This document shows positions 55,777 to 64,000 of a stretch of 64,000 bases of DNA, piece after piece. Position 1 is the stretch's first letter; every line of letters begins with the position of its first letter. This DNA is from Candidatus Calescibacterium sp. (lineage in GTDB: Bacteria; Calescibacteriota; Calescibacteriia; Calescibacteriales; Calescibacteriaceae): NCBI GenBank assembly GCA_032249135.1, contig JAVVGL010000008.1, forward strand, positions 3,211 to 67,210. The letters are read 5' to 3'. The notes under the pieces were generated by a model. The model ran no database searches, had not been told where the DNA came from, and saw nothing but the letters and a program-made list of their open reading frames with translations. The position numbers and the translations under genes were made by a program.

Positions 55777-56967
55777 ATGGGAAATGGTAGCAACAAAGTA
55801 GTATATATAGTTGATGCAGTAAGAACTCCTATGGGGCGTTTCCAAGGAGCACTTGCTAAATTCAAAGCATCGGAACTTGGTGCAAAAGTTATTTCTGCTC
55901 TTTTGAAAAGAAATAATTTGAAGGGAGATGAAATAGATGAAGTTATTATGGGAAATGTTTTGCAAGCCGGTGTTGGTCAAGGTCCTGCAAGGCAGGCTGC
56001 AATATTGGGTGGTGTTTCTCCTTCTGTTCCGGCTGAAACTATAAATAAAGTTTGCGGTTCAGCTCTCAGAGCTGTTATTCACGGTGCTGAGGAGATTTTG
56101 CTTTCAAGAGCAAATGTGATTATTGCAGGTGGTATGGAATCTATGTCAAATGCCCCGTTTCTTATTCCAGCTGAGACAAGGAGAGGTTGGAAGTTTGGGA
56201 ATATTTCAGTTCAAGACCATATGATTTATGATGGTCTGTGGTGCGCTTTTGAAAATAGACACATGGGAGAACTTGCAGAGTACACGGCTGAGAAAGCGGG
56301 GATATCAAGGGAAGAGCAAGATAAATTTGCATATGAAAGCCACATGAAGGCTGTAAGGGCATCTGTTGAGGGATTTTTCAGGAACGAAATAGTTCCGATT
56401 GAGTTAGGAGATGGTCAAATTCTTGACAGAGATGAAACTCCGCGTCAAGACACATCTTTGGAGAAGTTAGCAAAGCTAAAACCTGCATTCAAAAAAGATG
56501 GAACTGTAACTGCAGGAAATGCTTCTTCTTTGAATGATGGGGCATCTGCTGTTTTGTTGATGTCAGATAAAGAGGTTGATAGGAGGGGAATAAAACCTAT
56601 TGCGAAGATTGTTGATTGGGCAGTTGCTGCTGTTCCTCCGAAAGAAATATTTTTTGCTCCTATCTTCTCAACTAAAAAGCTTCTTGAAAAGCTCGGAATG
56701 AAAATTTCTGATATAGATCTTATAGAAATAAATGAAGCTTTCGCTTCTCAGGTACTGGCAGATGGAAAAGAATTAGGATTTGATTGGTCATGTGTTAATA
56801 TAAACGGTGGGGCGATAGCTCTCGGTCATCCAATAGGTGCATCGGGTGCACGAATTCTTACTACTCTGGTCTGGAATATGAAGAGATTGAATGCAAAAAG
56901 AGGGTTGGCAACAATATGTATAGGAGGAGGTATGGGAATATCACTTTTGGTTGAGCTTGTACAATAA
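55777..56967 (+). CDS. Acetyl-CoA C-acetyltransferase (thiolase II)
   Basis: NKVCGSALRA (nucleophilic Cys), NEAFASQ, NGGAIALGHPIGASGAR, CIGGGMG. Confidence 0.9.
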   Translation: MGNGSNKVVYIVDAVRTPMGRFQGALAKFKASELGAKVISALLKRNNLKGDEIDEVIMGNVLQAGVGQGPARQAAILGGVSPSVPAETINKVCGSALRAVIHGAEEILLSRANVIIAGGMESMSNAPFLIPAETRRGWKFGNISVQDHMIYDGLWCAFENRHMGELAEYTAEKAGISREEQDKFAYESHMKAVRASVEGFFRNEIVPIELGDGQILDRDETPRQDTSLEKLAKLKPAFKKDGTVTAGNASSLNDGASAVLLMSDKEVDRRGIKPIAKIVDWAVAAVPPKEIFFAPIFSTKKLLEKLGMKISDIDLIEINEAFASQVLADGKELGFDWSCVNINGGAIALGHPIGASGARILTTLVWNMKRLNAKRGLATICIGGGMGISLLVELVQ

Positions 56968-57112
56968 AACTTTTCAATCAAAAACTCAAAACATAAAGAT
57001 TATGCTCCGCTTAAAAAATCCTGCATATTTTGTAAAGGAATTACTATAATTTATAGAAAGGTAAAATAAAAAATGATTACATCTTCCGGGTCGGCAGAAA
57101 GAGGGATAAAAC

Positions 57113-58219
57113 ATGGCTATTAGAAAAAGGTATGTAGGAAGAATAAAAGTTGTTGATACACCTCGGGAGATTTTTGTTGAATCCGTTGGATTATCTAAAT
57201 TTGAGAGAAAAAAAAGGAGAAGCATATTAGATGATTTGCACGAATTACTTTTTTCAACACTTGAAGGGGTGAAACTATCACTTGAAGATATAGATGCTTT
57301 TGTTGTGGCAAATTCTATGGGTGGGATTTTCGGTATTCCAGAATTTATGCGCTATGTGGTTCCTTCTGTTGTTGGAAATCACAGAACATTTTTTGAGGTA
57401 AATTGTGAGGAGGCAGGAGGTCTATGCGCTGTAGTTAAAGCGTATGAGCTTATAAAATCTGGTCTTGCAAATAGAGTATGCGTTCTCGCAGCAAACAAGG
57501 TGAACATTGAAGACATTGATGAAATTGCAAACTTAATTTTTATGGACATTTTACAGTTTCTTCAAGAATTTATGAAAAAGCATATTGAGGAGGGAAAATT
57601 GAAGCAGAAAGATTTACATGAAATCTTTTTGATCGCTTACGAGAAAGCAAAGAAAAATCCTTTTGTGAAAGCTGAACTTCCAAAAAAAATAGATTATTTG
57701 GAGACTTTACCTAAATTTAATGATGGAGCTGGTGTTGCCATAATTTCTTCAAGTGAGGTTGCGAAATCTAAACAAATAAAAATAATTTTTGCAGATGAAA
57801 GAACAGAACTCGTTGATATTGATCAAAAAGATGATGAGATAAAGGTTGTCGCTTCCCTTGCAAAAGCTTTATGCGAAAAACTAAAAATATCCTCTTTGGA
57901 AGATAATATATCTATTTTTGAGGTGTATGATTTTAATCCTCTCATTGGGGAGGTGATAGCAGAATCTCTGGGGTTGAAAGGAGGATATTTGGCAGACAGG
58001 GGAAATAAAAATGGGAGAACCAAAGAAAGTAAAATTGATTTTAATCCGTCTGGAGGAGTTTTCTTTGAGAATTCTCCTCCTGTATCTGCGTTTTCAAGAT
58101 TTGCTCACTCTTTCTTTTCTCTCAAAAACAGAAAAGGTGTGAAAAGAGCTTTAAGCCTTGCTATATCTTTGAGAACTTTATCGCATGCATCTTTGGTTGT
58201 ACTTGAAAAATTAAGATAA
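57113..58219 (+). CDS. Thiolase-like (SCP-x/Ltp type) protein lacking canonical catalytic His/Cys motifs
   Basis: Thiolase-fold blocks are recognisable (NCEEAGGLCAVVKAYELIKSG, NDGAGVAIISS, FEVYDFNP, NPSGGVFFENSPP). GHP is replaced by ENSP, HD/NE by YD, and no C-terminal CxGG is present. Confidence 0.55.
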   Translation: MAIRKRYVGRIKVVDTPREIFVESVGLSKFERKKRRSILDDLHELLFSTLEGVKLSLEDIDAFVVANSMGGIFGIPEFMRYVVPSVVGNHRTFFEVNCEEAGGLCAVVKAYELIKSGLANRVCVLAANKVNIEDIDEIANLIFMDILQFLQEFMKKHIEEGKLKQKDLHEIFLIAYEKAKKNPFVKAELPKKIDYLETLPKFNDGAGVAIISSSEVAKSKQIKIIFADERTELVDIDQKDDEIKVVASLAKALCEKLKISSLEDNISIFEVYDFNPLIGEVIAESLGLKGGYLADRGNKNGRTKESKIDFNPSGGVFFENSPPVSAFSRFAHSFFSLKNRKGVKRALSLAISLRTLSHASLVVLEKLR

Positions 58220-58268
58220 AACTTTGATTAGATTTGAAATAAAATAAATGGGGAGGAGCTAATAAAAA

Positions 58269-58721
58269 GTGAAGAGGGTTGCAAAATTAAGGACACAAAA
58301 AGGTAAAAAGATTATAGTGAATTATCAGAAGGATATCACTCAAATTGAGGAAAGATTTTATGCTGAGCTGAAAAAAGAGAAAATAAAAGCGGCAAAATGT
58401 AGGAAGTGTAAAAAAATAATCTTTCCTCCGACTCAGTATTGCCCATGGTGTTCTGGTCCTATATCCTCTTCTGATCTTATAGATGTGGGGAATTCAGGTA
58501 AAGTTATTTCTCAAACCACAGTCCATTATCTCCCATCAGAAGATTTTCCTCTTTCTATCCCATTTTCTATACTTGCTATAAAGGTGGGAAAATCTGATTC
58601 CGTTTTTATACTTCCAACTCAGAGAACAGATATATATCTTGGGGATAAAGTTAGGATCTTTCTCAAAAGACAAAAGGAAAGAAGAGGTGATATTTTTGAT
58701 ATAGATGTTGAAAAATTATAA
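58269..58721 (+). CDS. DUF35 OB-fold / zinc-ribbon protein (thiolase partner)
   Basis: Rubredoxin-like CRKCKKIIFPPTQYCPWCSG followed by an OB-fold-sized C-terminus, adjacent to the thiolase-like gene. Confidence 0.65.
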   Translation: MKRVAKLRTQKGKKIIVNYQKDITQIEERFYAELKKEKIKAAKCRKCKKIIFPPTQYCPWCSGPISSSDLIDVGNSGKVISQTTVHYLPSEDFPLSIPFSILAIKVGKSDSVFILPTQRTDIYLGDKVRIFLKRQKERRGDIFDIDVEKL

Positions 58722-59388
58722 TTTTAGTATAGATGTTAAAAAATTACAATTGATAAACATGCAAAATGAATTACAAAGTGTAGTAGAGATTCCTGATTGG
58801 TTGAGACCACGTAGAGGCATCCCAAGAATGTTTGAAAATGAAATTCTTGAGAGACTAAGTCATGTTCACCCTATAACTCCTCACATTATATATGTTCCTG
58901 TGATAAGCTATATGCTTTGGAAATCATTCAAGCTTTTCGAGTTTTCCAAAATAATTTTGCTATTTTTCTTTGGAATTTTTATCTGGACCATTATGGAATA
59001 TACATTACATAGATTTGTTTTTCATTTTACACCAAAGAGTGAAATAGGTAAAAAGATACATTTTATAATTCATGGTGTGCATCATATGTATCCGTGGGAC
59101 ACAACAAGGTTAGTTATGCCACCCGCTGTATCAATACTGATAGCCATAGTAGTTTTCTCTATAATGAGTTTTATTTTCGGGGACAAAACTTATCCTATCT
59201 ATGCAGGAACAGCTTTGGGATATCTTATTTATGATACAACACATTTTTCTGTGCATTACTTTAAAGCACCAAAAAACAGAATATTGAGGTATTTGTGGAA
59301 ACATCATCTGCAACACCATTTTCAGAATCCAAACAAGAAATTTGGAGTAAGTTCCCCACTTTGGGATATAGTTTTTAGGACAAAATAA
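58705..59388 (+). CDS. Fatty acid hydroxylase / sterol desaturase superfamily membrane protein
   Basis: Histidine boxes HRFVFH, HGVHHMYPWD and HHLQHHF, with 3-4 TM helices. An alternative start lies at 58759. Confidence 0.6.
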   Translation: MLKNYNFSIDVKKLQLINMQNELQSVVEIPDWLRPRRGIPRMFENEILERLSHVHPITPHIIYVPVISYMLWKSFKLFEFSKIILLFFFGIFIWTIMEYTLHRFVFHFTPKSEIGKKIHFIIHGVHHMYPWDTTRLVMPPAVSILIAIVVFSIMSFIFGDKTYPIYAGTALGYLIYDTTHFSVHYFKAPKNRILRYLWKHHLQHHFQNPNKKFGVSSPLWDIVFRTK

Positions 59389-59453
59389 GACAAAATAATT
59401 TTCCTTTCCTCTGAACCTTTATCATTCTTATTTTGGTCAAAACCCTTATTACC

Positions 59454-60152
59454 TTAAACTTTTCTATTTTCACATATTGTTATTGTAACTATTCCGAATG
59501 TTAGATTTATATGTTTTATATTTTCAAAGTTAAAGCTTTTGAGAAAATCTGTAAGTTCTTCTTGTGTCATATAATTTAGGATGCTTTTTGCCATGTAAAT
59601 GTACTCATTTTTTCTACCTAATAGTATGCTCGTTATAGATGGTATAATGTAAAGGAGGTAGAATTTGTAAAATGGTAAGATTGCTGAATTAGGTTTCAAA
59701 GTATCTATACTTATAAATTTACCTCTGTTTTTGAGAACCCTTTTTATCTCTGATATTGCAGAAGAAAGATTTTCAAAATTCCTTAAACCGAAAGCTACAC
59801 AAACTGTATCAAATGTATCATCTTTGAACGGGAGACTTTCAGCATAACTTGCAACAAAATTTACCTCCCTGCAAAACTTTTTGTTTTCAATCCCCCATTT
59901 CATCATTTTTTTGCTCATATCAGCTCCGAAAACTTTTGAAACAGAGTTTTTACAAGAAAATCTGCTTGTCATCTCTCCTGTACCGCAAGCTAAATCAAGC
60001 ACTACTCCTTCAGCAAAATCTGCAAGTTTATCTCTCCATTTTTTATCTAATCCCAAAGATAAGACCTTATTTGTGGATTCATAATAGGTAGAAATAGAGT
60101 CAAAAAGGTCCTTAAGTTTTCTCCGACTTATAAGCTGATTATAAATTCTCAT
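59454..60152 (-). CDS. ubiE: Demethylmenaquinone/ubiquinone methyltransferase
   Basis: VLDLACGTGEMT (SAM motif I) and FDTVCVAFGLRNFEN. Confidence 0.75.
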   Translation of the reverse strand: MRIYNQLISRRKLKDLFDSISTYYESTNKVLSLGLDKKWRDKLADFAEGVVLDLACGTGEMTSRFSCKNSVSKVFGADMSKKMMKWGIENKKFCREVNFVASYAESLPFKDDTFDTVCVAFGLRNFENLSSAISEIKRVLKNRGKFISIDTLKPNSAILPFYKFYLLYIIPSITSILLGRKNEYIYMAKSILNYMTQEELTDFLKSFNFENIKHINLTFGIVTITICENRKV

Positions 60153-60380
60153 AATACTTAAAAGGAATATATATCATAAGAAAAAAGGATATAAAAAAGC
60201 AAGAAAATGAAAAAATAGAATAAGGGAAAAGAAAAAAAGAATAGAAAAATATTTGAAACCATTTGAAAATCCGAACTAAAAATATAAGCAGAGAAGTTAG
60301 AATGGAATGAACACAATAATAAATAAAAAAGAAAGATAAAATAAATAAAATAAATAAATTAATTAAATAATATAGAAAAT

Positions 60381-61394
60381 ATGAGAAAACTTCACTTTTT
60401 CAGGGAAAAGATAAAGGCTTCCGTTTTTTTCCTGATAATATCAGTAATTGGAACAATAATTATTTTTGATAATCTACAAGCACAAGAATATACTTTAAAG
60501 CTTGGAACACTTGCACCGGCAGGTTCATCTTGGTTTGATAAACTTTCGGAGTTCAAAAATGAAGTTGAAACAAAAACCAACGGCAAAATCAAAATAGTCA
60601 TATACTCCGGTGGAGTAGCAGGAGATGAGATAGAGATGGTGAGAAAAATGCAATCAGGAAAAATTCAAGGAGCAGCCCTGATAATAAAAGGTATGAAAGA
60701 AATAGCCCCAGAACTTGATTTTTTAGATATACCCTTTATGTTCAAAAACTACGATGAAGTAAGAAAAATATATAACAGAATGGAAAAAGAAATAGCAGAA
60801 ATATTTGAGAAAAACGGATACATTCTTTTAGGAATGTCTCATCACGGTTTTGTAAAATTCTTTTCAACAAAGGAAATAAGTAGTTTCTACGACCTTGCTA
60901 AAATGAGAACATGGGCATGGTATGGAGAGCCAACAATAAAAAACTTCCTTGAAATACTTGGAGTAAAACCCGTTTATGCGGAAGTTGTCGGATTGCTATC
61001 TTCAATAGAAAATGGAATGGTAGAGGTTTTTCAAACCTCCCCTCTCTCCTGTCTTACTTTACAGTGGTGCAAACTTGTAAAGTACTGTCTTGATGAAAAC
61101 TATAGATACGAACCCGGCCTGGTAGTTTTAAAGAAAGATTTTTTCAACTCCCTTCCACCTGATATAAGAAACACAATTTTAGAATCAGCAAACAAGAAAG
61201 TAAAAGAACTGAATCTGGAAATAGAAAAAATACAAGCAGAAGCAGAAAATAAATTGAGAACGATGGGAATAAAATTTGTGAAACCTAAAAAGGAGGAAGT
61301 TGAAGAGCTAAAAAAGAAGGTCAGAGAAGAAATGTTCAAAAAAGTAAAGAATAAAGAACTGTTTCAGAGATTTCTTAAGGAACTCGGAAGTTGA
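60381..61394 (+). CDS. dctP: TRAP transporter substrate-binding protein (DctP family)
   Basis: Signal peptide, then TLKLGTLAPAGSSWFDKLSEFKNEVETKTNGKIKIVIYSGGVAGDE..MVRKMQSGKIQGA. Confidence 0.7.
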   Translation: MRKLHFFREKIKASVFFLIISVIGTIIIFDNLQAQEYTLKLGTLAPAGSSWFDKLSEFKNEVETKTNGKIKIVIYSGGVAGDEIEMVRKMQSGKIQGAALIIKGMKEIAPELDFLDIPFMFKNYDEVRKIYNRMEKEIAEIFEKNGYILLGMSHHGFVKFFSTKEISSFYDLAKMRTWAWYGEPTIKNFLEILGVKPVYAEVVGLLSSIENGMVEVFQTSPLSCLTLQWCKLVKYCLDENYRYEPGLVVLKKDFFNSLPPDIRNTILESANKKVKELNLEIEKIQAEAENKLRTMGIKFVKPKKEEVEELKKKVREEMFKKVKNKELFQRFLKELGS

Positions 61395-61462
61395 AGCTTT
61401 GAGATAAAATAAAAACAGTTATGGTTTAAAGTCTCTGGGACTGGTTAATATTTCAACATCGC

Positions 61463-61849
61463 TCAAAACTCTCGCTTCCTCCCAAGCTTCTTCTCTTGCG
61501 TATGAGGTCTCCCTTTCACTACCTCCTCTTTATCTTCTATATAGATTTCCCTTACATCTGCATTAAAATATTTTCCTAAAATTTTTTTCAAAACTTCTCT
61601 GAAAGCTCTTTCAGCAGAAACTCCCAACCTTGAACCGATGGAAGTTAATGTTCTCTTTCTTTCTAACAAATTTTTTTGCCATACGAAAAAATAAAAAAAA
61701 ATGAGCAATAAAAATAAAAAAGCAAATAAGAAATAAAAAAAGATAGTAAAAAACACAGAAGAAAGCCAAACGATGAGCTTATTTCCGCAAAGAAGGTTGA
61801 GAAGGTTAAGGAAGAGTGAAGGGATAAGAAAAATTTTATCAGAAAACAA
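61463..61849 (-). CDS. Hypothetical membrane protein (doubtful)
   Basis: ORF with F/L-rich low-complexity TM segments. Its 5' end overlaps the hemB start by 77 nt. No motif recognised. Confidence 0.2.
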   Translation of the reverse strand: MFSDKIFLIPSLFLNLLNLLCGNKLIVWLSSVFFTIFFYFLFAFLFLLLIFFYFFVWQKNLLERKRTLTSIGSRLGVSAERAFREVLKKILGKYFNADVREIYIEDKEEVVKGRPHTQEKKLGRKREF

Positions 61850-62771
61850 GGTTTTACCAGAGGATATAATGTTCCCAATTTTTGTGTGGGAAGGTCAAAC
61901 GGAAGAGATAAAAAATTTCCCAGATCAAGTAAGATGGAATATTGAAGATAAGAAACTTTATTTGTTTTTAGAGGAACTTGTAAAGAGAGGTTTGAGCTCA
62001 ATTATTGTTTTTGGTGTAGCACAAGAAAACCAGAAAGACGAGATCGGCTCATACGGCTGGAAAAGCGATAATGTAGTCCAAAAATTTATAAAGAGAGTAA
62101 AGAGAGAATTTCCAGAACTTGTGATTGCAGCAGATGTGTGCCTTTGCACATGGAGAAAAGACGGTCACTGCGGTGTGGTCAAAAACGGAGAGATTTTGAA
62201 CGATGAATCCTTGGAACTCTTGGGTAAAATAGCTTTATCTTGCGCAGAAGCAGGGGCAGACTTAGTGGCTCCCTCAGATATGATGGACGGAAGAGTAAAA
62301 TTCATAAGAGAAAAACTTGATGAAAACGGATTCAAAAACACTTTGATTATGTCGTACTCTGTAAAGTATGCATCTGCTTTGTATGGACCATTCAGAGAAG
62401 CAGCGCATTCAGCTCCTGCTTTCGGAGATAGAAGCTCGTACCAGATGAATCCTTCGCAATCAAGAGAAGCAATTTTAGAGGCTCAACTTGACTTTGAAGA
62501 GGGTGCAGATATACTTATGGTGAAACCTGCGCTATTTTACCTTGATATAATAAAAAGCCTAAAAGAGAAGTTTTTATTACCAATAGCAGCTTTTAATGTT
62601 TCAGGAGAATATACCATGATAAAGCTCGGAATAAAAAGCGAAATCTTTGATGAAAGAAAAATAATAAACGAAGCTTTGATTTCAATAAAAAGAGCAGGAG
62701 CAGACATTATCATAACATACTTTGCACCAGAATTTTTTGGAGTGAATGTAAAAAAGTTTTTGAGAAAGTGA
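61773..62771 (+). CDS. hemB: Porphobilinogen synthase (Zn-type)
   Basis: RRLRRLRKSEGIRKIL, the Cys-rich metal site DVCLCTWRKDGHCG, and the active-site regions SYSVKYASALYGPFR and MVKPA. Confidence 0.9.
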   Translation: MSLFPQRRLRRLRKSEGIRKILSENKVLPEDIMFPIFVWEGQTEEIKNFPDQVRWNIEDKKLYLFLEELVKRGLSSIIVFGVAQENQKDEIGSYGWKSDNVVQKFIKRVKREFPELVIAADVCLCTWRKDGHCGVVKNGEILNDESLELLGKIALSCAEAGADLVAPSDMMDGRVKFIREKLDENGFKNTLIMSYSVKYASALYGPFREAAHSAPAFGDRSSYQMNPSQSREAILEAQLDFEEGADILMVKPALFYLDIIKSLKEKFLLPIAAFNVSGEYTMIKLGIKSEIFDERKIINEALISIKRAGADIIITYFAPEFFGVNVKKFLRK

Positions 62772-62804
62772 AAATGTTCGCTTTATTTCTTATTTTTTAA
62801 CTTC

Positions 62805-64000
62805 TCATTCTACCTTTCTTTTTTTATTTATCAACTTTACTATAAATCCAAAATAAATCACAACATACACCAAAAGAATAGCAGAATAGATAGGGGGAAC
62901 TGAATAACATCCAATACCTTCCTCAGGAGGTGGAGGCTGAGGGGAAGGTGGTTGTTCTGGAATTGGCTGGGAAGGAGCAGAAATTGAAACTACCTCCGAG
63001 GCATAACCGGCATCTCCTTCATCATCAATAACTATTACACTGACCCCATAATTTCCGCCCGTAGGATATATACAAACCATACGATTTATTCCATAAGGTG
63101 TTATAAGGTAATTCCCTTCTCTTCCAATTTCAATTTCTCGTCCAAATAAGTTTCTCACCTGATCTCTTATCTGATTTAAAACTTCATCAGGTACATAATA
63201 TCCGCAATCCCACTTATATATCCATATAACTCCATCATCATCATAACTTCCCGAAGCATCAAGAATAATCACGTTTGAACTAATGCGTGATACTTTGAGG
63301 TTAGCAATTGGAGATTTATTAGGTGGACAAAGACCAGGAGCTTCTTTTGGTGATAATCTTGAACCATTAAAATTATTTACTGCTGCAACTTGATAGCAAT
63401 GCGGTCTACCAAACCTCCAAGAATATATCACATCCTCATATGAATTCAAAATACAAGAAACATCTAAGGTTCTGAATGTTTCCTGATTATTCGCAAGAGA
63501 GAATGAAGGAAGAGAAATTGGTATGTCTGACCTTATTAGGAACCCTGTTTCAACCCCTGAGCAGTCATACCAACTTACAAAAATTCTCTTTTCAAGTGAA
63601 TCAGGTGTAACTCTTTTCTTTGGTTCAATTTCAACCTGCCTTGGCATCTGAGGTAAAAATTCTATCCCGTTGAATTTTGATACTCTGTCTATCCTCTTTC
63701 TGACATCTTCACTGACATCCTCATGCTGCCACAATTTATATGCAAAATCAACATAATCCTTTGGCTTATAAACATAAAGTGTTGTAAGAGATTCACTCCA
63801 TGATATTTTTAGTTCATCACAAGGGTACCTCCCTTCCACCTCATGATTGATACAGATGTTACAGGGTCTTCCATTTTGGTCAACGTAACCTTTATTAATT
63901 CCTCTCCATTCACAGCCTTCACGCTTGTTCCAGTCTGTCTCACTTACATCATCATATAAATCCCATATCGCAGAAGCAACATAACCGGGTAACTCCCATG
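62805..64000 (-). CDS. Secreted PKD-domain protein with Pro-rich linker, C-terminal TM helix and basic tail (5' end outside the window)
   Basis: The reading frame stays open upstream of the track's GTG at 63839 to the window end (...WELPGYVASAIWDLYDD...). It has a PKD-like block VIILDASGSYDDDGVIWIYKWDCG and the tail PSQPIPEQPPSPQPPPPEEGIGCYSVPPIYSAILLVYVVIYFGFIVKLINKKRKVE. Confidence 0.6.
   Translation of the reverse strand, partial: WELPGYVASAIWDLYDDVSETDWNKREGCEWRGINKGYVDQNGRPCNICINHEVEGRYPCDELKISWSESLTTLYVYKPKDYVDFAYKLWQHEDVSEDVRKRIDRVSKFNGIEFLPQMPRQVEIEPKKRVTPDSLEKRIFVSWYDCSGVETGFLIRSDIPISLPSFSLANNQETFRTLDVSCILNSYEDVIYSWRFGRPHCYQVAAVNNFNGSRLSPKEAPGLCPPNKSPIANLKVSRISSNVIILDASGSYDDDGVIWIYKWDCGYYVPDEVLNQIRDQVRNLFGREIEIGREGNYLITPYGINRMVCIYPTGGNYGVSVIVIDDEGDAGYASEVVSISAPSQPIPEQPPSPQPPPPEEGIGCYSVPPIYSAILLVYVVIYFGFIVKLINKKRKVE

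Noticed and set aside
60153-60380. A-rich repetitive intergenic DNA (aaataaataaaataaataaatt...) as a possible CRISPR or other repeat array. The same applies to 25559-25767 and 37477-37615.
   Set aside because: These are only short, low-complexity A/T repeats without regular repeat-spacer periodicity. No cas genes are present in the window.
484-62149. Many 60-150-aa ORFs antisense to or overlapping long genes (for example 484..666, 886..1086, 4471..4815, 17003..17452, 21462..21818, 37588..38016, 43714..44106, 51350..51901, 53668..54069, 61663..62001).
   Set aside because: They lie entirely within much longer ORFs with clear family motifs and have low-complexity F/L/S/I-rich translations typical of shadow frames in AT-rich DNA.
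1-64000. Prophage, integron, transposon or defence-island signatures.
   Set aside because: No integrase, transposase, recombinase, terminase, restriction-modification, Cas or other recognisable defence gene motifs were seen in any long ORF. Only the Rhs-type toxin array at the left edge looks accessory.

Overview
Visibly AT-rich (roughly one-third G+C by eye, not computed) bacterial chromosomal segment, densely coding on both strands, with about 58 credible protein genes and short intergenic gaps. I found no rRNA, tRNA, CRISPR array, transposase or integrase. The proteome is K/E/I-rich. LpxD, Skp/OmpH, a TamB-like protein, GldG and an MltD-like lytic transglycosylase point to a diderm organism with LPS; the taxon cannot be named from the sequence alone. 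Most of the window is housekeeping or metabolic (metG, tsf, an rplJ-like gene, ndk, serA, ilvC, nadD, nnr, speH-speE, a cobA/hemD fusion, hemB, atpG, thiolase, acyl-CoA dehydrogenase, enoyl-CoA hydratase, ubiE/menG). It also carries cell-envelope genes: two very large TPR proteins, GT2, a GT-C enzyme, an O-antigen-ligase-like protein, a DPPRT-like UbiA prenyltransferase and VanZ. Genes that are classically operonic are scattered here (solitary atpG, rplJ-like next to tsf, substrate-binding proteins without permeases). The clearly accessory part is the left edge (1-3.1 kb). It holds the 3' end of a toxin gene, an orphan Rhs-core plus Cys-rich HET-C/Zn-PLC-like toxin cassette, and three diverged paralogs of a small beta-barrel-looking protein in the immunity positions, joined by a conserved overlapping stop/start junction. 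This is my best candidate for an undescribed toxin/immunity system. Other items worth a second look: a Rad52-like annealing-protein candidate among housekeeping genes; a 15-bp GC-rich perfect inverted repeat bracketing a tiny secreted K/E-rich protein gene; mutually exclusive hairpins with a U-tract upstream of the TamB-like gene; a catalytically degenerate thiolase-like protein with a DUF35 partner; an AGPS-like ether-lipid enzyme; and a PKD-domain protein with a Pro-rich/TM/basic C-terminal tail at the right edge. All family assignments come from motif recognition by eye; no database search or folding program was run.
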